Positions 15,793 through 23,581 of a stretch of 28,858 nt of DNA are shown here, piece after piece. A model generated the notes under the pieces. The model saw only the letters and a program-made list of their open reading frames with translations, was not told where the DNA came from and did not search any database. The stretch's first letter is position 1. Every line of letters begins with the position of its first letter. The position numbers and the translations under genes are program-made. The stretch is from a virus (Duplodnaviria; Heunggongvirae; Uroviricota; Caudoviricetes), in IMG/VR virus record IMGVR_UViG_3300021255_001482, positions 74,382-103,239 of that record. One strand, written 5' to 3'.

Positions 15793-16287
15793 ATGGCACA
15801 AATTATTACTGCCCCAAGTATCGAAAAACCAAAATTTATTTCTCTATTTTTAGCGGGTGGTATTACTAATTGTAAAAATTGGCAAGATGAAGTAATAAAA
15901 GAATTGGAATTTGAAGATGTTTCTATTTTTAATCCCCGTCAAATAAATTTTGATATAAATGATAAATCCGCGTCTTTTAAGCAAATATCTTGGGAATTTG
16001 AAAGATTGGAACAAATGGAAATTTTTAGTATATATTTTTGTGAAAGTAATTCTGACCAACCAATTTGTATGTATGAATTAGGTCGTAATATAATTCGCAT
16101 ACAAAATAGATTCCCCTTTGATTGGCAAAAAAGAATAGTTATTGGAGTAGAAGAAAATTATAAAAGAAAGCAAGATGTAGTTATTCAATTATCACTATGT
16201 GCTCCAACAATATTTGTTGATACTTTAGCAAGACCAGTCACTCACGCTCATTATATAAAAAATAAAATAAGACAAATAAGAGGTTAA
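15793..16287 (+). CDS. Nucleoside deoxyribosyltransferase-like protein (second family)
   Basis: LFLAGGI..C.NWQ, IFNPR, QISWEFE, PICMYELG. Confidence 0.82.
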   Translation: MAQIITAPSIEKPKFISLFLAGGITNCKNWQDEVIKELEFEDVSIFNPRQINFDINDKSASFKQISWEFERLEQMEIFSIYFCESNSDQPICMYELGRNIIRIQNRFPFDWQKRIVIGVEENYKRKQDVVIQLSLCAPTIFVDTLARPVTHAHYIKNKIRQIRG

Positions 16288-16291
16288 TGAT

Positions 16292-18064
16292 ATGATTTAC
16301 AGACTAAGAAATTATTATACAATGAATCCAGAAAATGCCCTTCAAGAAATTCTAATTGATCGTGGCGTAAAAGATATTGAAAATTTTTTATATCCAACTT
16401 CAAAATGCGAACTTGACCCATATGGCCTTGAAAATATTGATTTAGCCGCGGAGATGCTTTTAAGACATTTACGTGCGGATAGTAAAATTATGTTTGTTGT
16501 TGACAGCGATGCGGATGGAGTAACTAGTTCTAGTATTTTATGGCTTTATATTAAACATATTTTTCCAAAAGCAAATTTAAATTTTACTATGCACGAGCAT
16601 AAACAGCATGGACTAGATGATAAGATTGACTGGTTAGAAACTTTAAATGATATTAATTTAGTTATCTGTCCAGATTCTGCAAGCTATGATGTAGAAGAAC
16701 ATTCCAGATTAGCTGAATTAAATATTGATTGCCTTGTGCTAGACCACCACGAACAACTTTATGATACTGATGGCAATCCAGTCATTTCTACTGCTCCAAA
16801 TACAGTAATAGTAAATAATCAGCTGTCTCCGCATTATGAAAACAAGTCTCTTTGCGGCGCAGGTGTAGTATATAAATTTTGTGAAGTGTTAGATGAAATT
16901 CTTGGCATTCATCAAGCACAAGAATATATGGATCTAGTTGCACTTGGAGAAATCGCTGATGTTATGGATAGAACAACAGCTGAAACTAATTATCTTATGC
17001 TTGAAGGTCTTTCTAATATTCAAAATAAGGGTTTTCAAACTTTGTTAGCATCTCAGTCTTATTCTTTAAAAGAAAAAGCTACTTTTCCATGGAACGGCTT
17101 AACTCCTATTGACATTGCCTTTTATATTGCTCCTTTAATCAACGCTCTAACTCGTGTTGGGTCAATGAAAGAAAAAGAAGCAATGTTCTATTGTTTTGTA
17201 GAACCGGATAGAGTTCTTCCAAGTACGAAACGCGGAGCGAAACTAGGTGACACGGAGACTGCCGCAGAACAAACAGCGCGTGTAGGCAAAAACGCAAAGG
17301 CTCGTCAAGATAAGCTAAAAGAAAAGGCTATTGACTTAATTGATTTCAAAATTCAAAAGAATGATTTGGCAAGTAATAATATTATTTTAGTAGAAATTGA
17401 ACCAGAAGATAATATTCCGCCTGAACTAACTGGACTAGTCGCAATGGCTATTGTAAATAAATATAATAAGCCAGTTATGATTGGTCGCCGCAATGATAAG
17501 GGTGAAATCAATGGAAGTATTCGTAGCAGCGGAAACTTCGCTGGATTACCTAGCTTTAAGCAATTCCTTGAAGAAAGTAATTTAATGAACTATGTTGCTG
17601 GACATGATGCCGCGGCAGGCTTTGGAATTAATGCTACATTAGATGAACGACTATTAAATTATAGTAATGCAGTTCTTAATGATGATGATTTTAAGAAGTG
17701 TTATACTGTTGATTATATTCTTGATGCTGGCGATAATAATACTGAACTGCTCACAGTGTTAGCTTCACACCCAGAGTTTTTCGGTAATCATATAGATGAA
17801 ATTAAATTTGTAATTAAAAACATTACGCTTTCAAATGTTATGGCTATGGGCGCAAATAAGGATAGTATGAAGATTTCTTGTAATGGTGTTGATTATGTAA
17901 GATTTAAGGATATGGATTTTGTTGACACCGTTATGAATAATAGAATGGATAAACTTACAGTTTATGGGCGTGCAAATTTAAATACTTTCGCTGGCCGCAC
18001 ATCAATTCAAGTATTTATTGATGATTATGAACTTTTAAAGGATGAAAATAAATATGATTTCTAA
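16292..18064 (+). CDS. recJ: RecJ-like DHH single-stranded DNA exonuclease
   Basis: DSDADG, DHH, LCGAGV, DLVALGEIAD, IAPLINA, GSIRS, GHDAAAG. Confidence 0.92.
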   Translation: MIYRLRNYYTMNPENALQEILIDRGVKDIENFLYPTSKCELDPYGLENIDLAAEMLLRHLRADSKIMFVVDSDADGVTSSSILWLYIKHIFPKANLNFTMHEHKQHGLDDKIDWLETLNDINLVICPDSASYDVEEHSRLAELNIDCLVLDHHEQLYDTDGNPVISTAPNTVIVNNQLSPHYENKSLCGAGVVYKFCEVLDEILGIHQAQEYMDLVALGEIADVMDRTTAETNYLMLEGLSNIQNKGFQTLLASQSYSLKEKATFPWNGLTPIDIAFYIAPLINALTRVGSMKEKEAMFYCFVEPDRVLPSTKRGAKLGDTETAAEQTARVGKNAKARQDKLKEKAIDLIDFKIQKNDLASNNIILVEIEPEDNIPPELTGLVAMAIVNKYNKPVMIGRRNDKGEINGSIRSSGNFAGLPSFKQFLEESNLMNYVAGHDAAAGFGINATLDERLLNYSNAVLNDDDFKKCYTVDYILDAGDNNTELLTVLASHPEFFGNHIDEIKFVIKNITLSNVMAMGANKDSMKISCNGVDYVRFKDMDFVDTVMNNRMDKLTVYGRANLNTFAGRTSIQVFIDDYELLKDENKYDF

Positions 18065-18218
18065 AGATATTGAATGTTTTAAATGTAAATATGGAGAAAA
18101 TTGTCCTGTTCTTTGGTCTAGGCATAATGCCGCCTGTTTAACAATTCGTGAAGAAAAAGATGAATATGAAGAACAATTAGACTGGGATTATAGGGCACAT
18201 GAATATCTAGATAGTTGA
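18054..18218 (+). CDS. Small Cys-rich hypothetical protein (54 aa), not in the ORF track
   Basis: MISKDIECFKCKYGENCPVLWSRHNAACLTIREEKDEYEEQLDWDYRAHEYLDS*; overlaps the recJ end and fills the gap to the next promoter. Confidence 0.55.
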   Translation: MISKDIECFKCKYGENCPVLWSRHNAACLTIREEKDEYEEQLDWDYRAHEYLDS

Positions 18219-18243
18219 CAAAAAGAAAATTCTATGATATAAT
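18215..18243 (+). promoter_or_regulatory. Consensus sigma-A promoter for DnaE
   Basis: TTGACA-N17-TATAAT with TGn extension; -35 overlaps the upstream TGA. Confidence 0.88.
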
Positions 18244-18273
18244 AATTATAGAATAAAGAAAGGAAGTGATTGT

Positions 18274-21200
18274 GTGAGTAAATACCCTGGTAGTCTTCAT
18301 AATCACACGGATTATAGCAATGAGACTTTACGAGATTGTATTAATAAAGTAAATTCTCTAATTGATACAGCAATTAATTTGGACCATGAGTGTGTAGCAA
18401 TTACAGACCATGAAACCATTTCAAGTTATATTAAGGCTGAAAAATATTATAACAAAATTAAAAAGGAACATCCAGATTTTAAACTTATTCGTGGTAATGA
18501 AATTTATCTTACACGAAATGATTTAAATGCGACAAATTATGATAAAAATAAAGATAGGTATTTCCACTTTATTCTTCTTTGTCGTGATTTAGAGGGTTAT
18601 CATCAGATTTGTGAACTATCTACTCGTGCCTGGCGTCGTTCTTATATTAGTCGTAGATTAAGGAGACGTCCAACTTATTACCGAGATTTAAAGGAAGTTG
18701 TTAAACCAAATCAAGGACATTTAATTGCTTCATCTGCGTGTCTTGGCTCACAACTAGATAAGTTTCTTTTAAGATATATGGATACTGGTGATGAAGAATT
18801 TTATAAAACAGCTAAACAATGGTGTCTATATATAGAAGATATATTTGGTCGTGGTAATTTTTATCTTGAATTGCAGCCATCAAATAGTAAAGAACAGATA
18901 TTTGTAAATCAGCATCTTGTTAAGATAAGTAGAGAATTAAAGCTCCCTTATATTATTACAACCGATAGCCATTATCTGCGGCCAGAAGATTCATTCATTC
19001 ACGAATCTTTCCTAAATGCGCAAGATGGCGAACGCGAAGTAAGAAGTTTCTATGAAACAACTTACATGATGAGCGATGAGGAAATTCGTTCGTTCTTTCC
19101 TTATCTTGAAAAAGAAGAAATTGAGACGGCATATTATTACATTAGAGAAATCAAGAATAAGTGTGAAGATTTTTCAATCTTAAAGCCGTTGGAAATTCCT
19201 ATGCTGCCTTGGCGTGAGTTTCATGCGCGCACGCAAGAGGAGATAGATAAGTATATTAGTTATATTCCAGAATTAGATAAATTTCTTCATTCCCCTTATC
19301 GTGCTGATAACGAATTGTTTTTTGCTGTTATAGATGGAATCCAAAAGCACGAAGATTTACAGAATCAAAAAGCATATGACGCTTTAAATGAGTGTTTAAA
19401 TATGACTTGGATTTCTAGTGAAGTAAATAAAGCAAGATGGTCAGCCTATTTCCTCAATCTTCAAAAGATTATTGATGAATGTTGGAACGCCGGAACATTA
19501 GTTATGCCCGCACGTGGTTCTGGCGGTGGATTTTTACTTCTATATGCGTTAGATATTATTCAAATTAATGCTTTGCGCGAAAAGACAGCCATGTATCCTT
19601 GGCGTTTCCTTAATCCTGCGCGTGTATCTGTTCTTGATATTGATGTAGATATTTCTGGTATTAAGCGTGCGCAAGTATTGGAGCATTTAAGAAAGTATTA
19701 TGGTGAAAACCGAGTATCAAATGTAGCAACATTTAAACTAGAAAAATCTAAATCAGCAATTCTTACTGCGTGTCGTGGCTTGGGAATTGATGTAGATAAT
19801 GCACAATATATTTCTTCTTTGGTTACACAGGAACGTGGCCAGGCATATACATTACATCAAATGTATTATGGCGATGAAGAAAATGGTATTAAACCAAATC
19901 CAACTTTTGTTGAAGAAATAAATAAGTATGATAAACTATGGGAAGTTGCTAGTAAAATTGAGGGACTAATTTGTGGATACGGTATTCACGCGGGCGGTGT
20001 CGTGTTTAAGGATAAGGATTTCACTGAATCTAGTGCACTTATGCGCGCACCAGATGGAACAATTATTACACAGTTTGAACTTCATGATTTGGAAGATGTT
20101 TCAGAAATTAAAATGGACCTTCTATCGGTTGAAGCCGCGGATAAAATCCAAACCTGTCTTGAAATGTTAATTAAGGATGGATATATTGAAAAGTATCCAA
20201 CTTTACGTGAAACATATGAAAAGGCATTGGGTGTATATAACATTCTTCGTGATGACGAAGATATGTGGAAGTTAGTAGATGAACATAAAATTGTAAGTCT
20301 TTTCCAAATGGAAAAGGCAAGCGGTATTCGCGGTATTTCACTAACTCATCCAAAAAATGTTGATGACTTAGCAACTTTAAACTCGGTCATTCGTCTTATG
20401 GCGTCAGAAAAAGGTGCAGAAGCACCACTAGATAAATACGCTCGTTTTCGTAAGCATCCTAATGATTGGGAAACTGAAATGATTCAGTATGGTCTTTCAA
20501 ATAAAGAACGAGAATTACTTCATGAACAATTAGATGTTTCAGATGGTTTGTCAATTACACAGGAACAATTTATGAAATTAGTTCAACTACCAGAATGCGG
20601 CGGCTGGGACTTACAATGGGCTGATAGACTTCGTAAAAGTATTGCGAAGAAGAACCCAAAAGAATATGAGCAACTAACCAAAGAATTTTATGAACGAGTA
20701 GATGAAAAGAATCTTAGTAAAAAATTTTGTCATTATGTTTGGGATGTTCAAATTGCGTTAAGCCGTGGATATGGTTTTAATGCAAGTCATACTTATGCTT
20801 ACTCTATTATTGCTCTTCAAGAAATGAATTTAGCATATAGGTATCCAATTGTGTATTGGAACACAGCAAATCTGATAGTAGATAGTGGTGGAGTTCAAAC
20901 CGAAGATATTGATGAAGAAGATGAAGATGAAATTCAAGCTGTCTTATTAGAAAATAGCATTGAATATATGAACACTTCTGAATATTTAGATGAAGAAGAA
21001 TCTGATGAAGAAGAATGGGAAGAAGCAAATGAAGAAACAACCGAAGCAACGGCAGATAAGAAAAAGAAAAAGAATAAAGTCGTTGATTATGGACGTATCG
21101 CCTCAATTATTGGTAAAATGGGCGATTATGGAATTAAAGTATCTCCACCTGATATCAACCAATCTTCTTTTACATTTACACCTGTCGCAAAAGATAATGT

Positions 21201-22269
21201 TATTCTTTACGGGCTACGCGGCATCACTCGCGTCTCCACGGACAAGATTAATGAAATCATGGCTATGCGACCATATGAGTCATTAAAGGATTTCTTAATG
21301 AAAATTAAAGTAAATAAGCTTCAAATGATAAATTTAATTAAGTCTGGTGCGTTTGATAACATTGAGAATATTCCGCGCGAAGAAATTATGGCAAAATATA
21401 TTGACATGATTGCTGATAAGAAGCAAAGATTGACTCTTCAAAATATGTCAATGTTGATTGCGAAAAATCAGATACCTGCTGATATGCAGTTCTATGCGAA
21501 ATTATTCTCGTTTAATAAGTTTCTAAAAACCTGTAAGGATGGAATTTATTATGAATTAAATGAAGCCGCGATTAACTTTATTGATAATCATTTTGATATA
21601 GATATTGTTGAAGATGGCACAAGAGTTTTACAAAAAACTTGGGATAACATTTATAAGAAGGCAATGGAACCAATGCGTCAATATTTAAAAGATAATAAAG
21701 AAGAAGCATTGGCAAAGTTAAATAAGGCTTTATATGATGAAATTGCTGATAAGTATGCCGATGGTAATATTAGTAAGTGGGAAATGGACAGTATCTCATT
21801 CTATTATCACGAGCATGAATTGGCAAAAGCCAAGAATGATTTTGATGATTTCTTCAAATTATCGGAAGAACCTGAAATTGAATATAGTTTTCCTGGAAGT
21901 AATGGCCAAGAAATAAAGGTATATAAGTTATTTAAAATCATTGGGACTGTAATTGATAAGGATAAGAATCGTAATACAGTTACACTCTTAACTCCGACTG
22001 GTGTTGTAAATGTAAAAATTTATAAGAACCAATATGCAATTTATGATAAGCAATTGAGCCAGCGCGGAGATGACGGTAAGAAACATGTAATTGAAAAGAG
22101 TTGGTTCGCGCGCGGAACAAAACTTATGGTTCAGGGCATTCGTCGCGGAAATGATTTTATCCCAAAGAAAAAGAAACAGTCAATTTATCCAATTATTTCA
22201 AAGATAACAAATGTAGATGAATATGGAAACTTAACTTTCCAATATGAGCGTGCGGAGGTAGAAGAATGA
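18274..22269 (+). CDS. dnaE: DNA polymerase III alpha subunit (C-family, DnaE-like, SPbeta YorL type)
   Basis: PHP motifs LHNHTDYS, ITDH, GNEIY, HFILL, SSAC, TDSHY. Polymerase motifs ARGSGGG, LDIDVD, GIHAGG, KMDLL, GYGFNASH. C-terminal OB fold. Confidence 0.95.
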   Translation: MSKYPGSLHNHTDYSNETLRDCINKVNSLIDTAINLDHECVAITDHETISSYIKAEKYYNKIKKEHPDFKLIRGNEIYLTRNDLNATNYDKNKDRYFHFILLCRDLEGYHQICELSTRAWRRSYISRRLRRRPTYYRDLKEVVKPNQGHLIASSACLGSQLDKFLLRYMDTGDEEFYKTAKQWCLYIEDIFGRGNFYLELQPSNSKEQIFVNQHLVKISRELKLPYIITTDSHYLRPEDSFIHESFLNAQDGEREVRSFYETTYMMSDEEIRSFFPYLEKEEIETAYYYIREIKNKCEDFSILKPLEIPMLPWREFHARTQEEIDKYISYIPELDKFLHSPYRADNELFFAVIDGIQKHEDLQNQKAYDALNECLNMTWISSEVNKARWSAYFLNLQKIIDECWNAGTLVMPARGSGGGFLLLYALDIIQINALREKTAMYPWRFLNPARVSVLDIDVDISGIKRAQVLEHLRKYYGENRVSNVATFKLEKSKSAILTACRGLGIDVDNAQYISSLVTQERGQAYTLHQMYYGDEENGIKPNPTFVEEINKYDKLWEVASKIEGLICGYGIHAGGVVFKDKDFTESSALMRAPDGTIITQFELHDLEDVSEIKMDLLSVEAADKIQTCLEMLIKDGYIEKYPTLRETYEKALGVYNILRDDEDMWKLVDEHKIVSLFQMEKASGIRGISLTHPKNVDDLATLNSVIRLMASEKGAEAPLDKYARFRKHPNDWETEMIQYGLSNKERELLHEQLDVSDGLSITQEQFMKLVQLPECGGWDLQWADRLRKSIAKKNPKEYEQLTKEFYERVDEKNLSKKFCHYVWDVQIALSRGYGFNASHTYAYSIIALQEMNLAYRYPIVYWNTANLIVDSGGVQTEDIDEEDEDEIQAVLLENSIEYMNTSEYLDEEESDEEEWEEANEETTEATADKKKKKNKVVDYGRIASIIGKMGDYGIKVSPPDINQSSFTFTPVAKDNVILYGLRGITRVSTDKINEIMAMRPYESLKDFLMKIKVNKLQMINLIKSGAFDNIENIPREEIMAKYIDMIADKKQRLTLQNMSMLIAKNQIPADMQFYAKLFSFNKFLKTCKDGIYYELNEAAINFIDNHFDIDIVEDGTRVLQKTWDNIYKKAMEPMRQYLKDNKEEALAKLNKALYDEIADKYADGNISKWEMDSISFYYHEHELAKAKNDFDDFFKLSEEPEIEYSFPGSNGQEIKVYKLFKIIGTVIDKDKNRNTVTLLTPTGVVNVKIYKNQYAIYDKQLSQRGDDGKKHVIEKSWFARGTKLMVQGIRRGNDFIPKKKKQSIYPIISKITNVDEYGNLTFQYERAEVEE

Positions 22270-23345
22270 TAGGGTTAGTTGATTATGATATATCTAATTT
22301 TTCTTCCTCTAAATTTATCATTCCTAATCTTGAAATAATGAAATTAGCAACTTACTACAAAACCGAAGAAAATCGGTTTTGTAGATTGTTGTCTTTGAAT
22401 GAAGAAGATTTGTCTGGATATGAAAAGATTTATTTTTTCAGTGAAGGACACGCAGTTCCAAAAGTGCCAGAACAATTCTTGCGCTCGCCTGTTGTGGAAT
22501 ATGGTGGTACAGCTTTTACGAATGGAAAATATATTCCATTTGAAAATTCAATTATAGACTTTACTATTCCGCGACCTGCGATTTATAAAGAATATCTTAA
22601 AGGAAAATATGATGACGGCATAAAAGCAAAAGTTATATCTAATGTATTAGATAATAGTTATTATCGTTGTTATGCGGGCGAAGAGAAATTACCAATTCCG
22701 CCCATCATGTCAAACAAACGATTAATCATGTATGACCGCGAATTTTTCTATCCAAATTGGCGCGATATATTAGAGGATATTAGTAATAGAAAACCATCTT
22801 CTATTGTAAGAATACATCCTATCGTTTGTAAAAAATTATCCGAGTTTTTTGAAATAAGAAATTATCCCAAAATGACTCGTTCAAATACAATTATATTTGA
22901 TTTAGATATACCATTAGATGAAGTGTATTACATGACTAATAAATATAAAAATTATTTAAAAGCAGATATTACTCCTTATTCTAATGTTTATATACAACTT
23001 GGTGGAAATTTTGCAACAAGTTTTCAATACTTCAAAGATATGATTTATAAAATGAATTTATTATACTGCCTTTGGAGCGTTGATATACCAATAAAAATTT
23101 TATATGAACCACCATTTATCGGATATAAAAATCCATTGGCGAATCTATCTATTCGCATTGAGCGGTGGGCGGATGTAACCAGAAAAGATAACTATTCAAT
23201 AATTTTAAATGATAGAATAAATACTAAAAAGAAAAATCCAGCAATGGATGAACGAGAATTATTATTAAAATTTTATCCATCGGCAAAAGACTTATTTACC
23301 CAGTCTCACGAGATGGTTGCGAAAGGAGGAAGGTGGAGAATATGA
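22266..23345 (+). CDS. Radical-SAM-like phage protein lacking the CxxxCxxC motif
   Basis: N-terminus IGLVDYD...PNLEIMKLATYYK...YGGTAF resembles a common phage radical-SAM-associated family; there is no Cys triad downstream. ATGA overlap with dnaE. Confidence 0.5.
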   Translation: MIGLVDYDISNFSSSKFIIPNLEIMKLATYYKTEENRFCRLLSLNEEDLSGYEKIYFFSEGHAVPKVPEQFLRSPVVEYGGTAFTNGKYIPFENSIIDFTIPRPAIYKEYLKGKYDDGIKAKVISNVLDNSYYRCYAGEEKLPIPPIMSNKRLIMYDREFFYPNWRDILEDISNRKPSSIVRIHPIVCKKLSEFFEIRNYPKMTRSNTIIFDLDIPLDEVYYMTNKYKNYLKADITPYSNVYIQLGGNFATSFQYFKDMIYKMNLLYCLWSVDIPIKILYEPPFIGYKNPLANLSIRIERWADVTRKDNYSIILNDRINTKKKNPAMDERELLLKFYPSAKDLFTQSHEMVAKGGRWRI

Positions 23346-23581
23346 GGATTGATGATATTATTCAAACTCGTGAACAGCTTAATAAAGAATTAAGAATGGC
23401 TCTTTCCACTATGGAGCGAAAAGATACCATACAAAAAATAAAGCTTGCTATTATTGACAATCAAAAGCATTGTCCGCATACAAGCACAAAGTATAATTGG
23501 GAAATTACAAATGATACTTGTCCTTATTGTGGTTTCCATTTTAGCACTGGCGGCATTTGGAGGGAAGATGAAAATGATTAA
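23342..23581 (+). CDS. Small Zn-ribbon protein
   Basis: CPH...CPYCG; ATGA overlap at 23342-23345 with GGAGG/GGAG upstream. Confidence 0.7.
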   Translation: MRIDDIIQTREQLNKELRMALSTMERKDTIQKIKLAIIDNQKHCPHTSTKYNWEITNDTCPYCGFHFSTGGIWREDEND

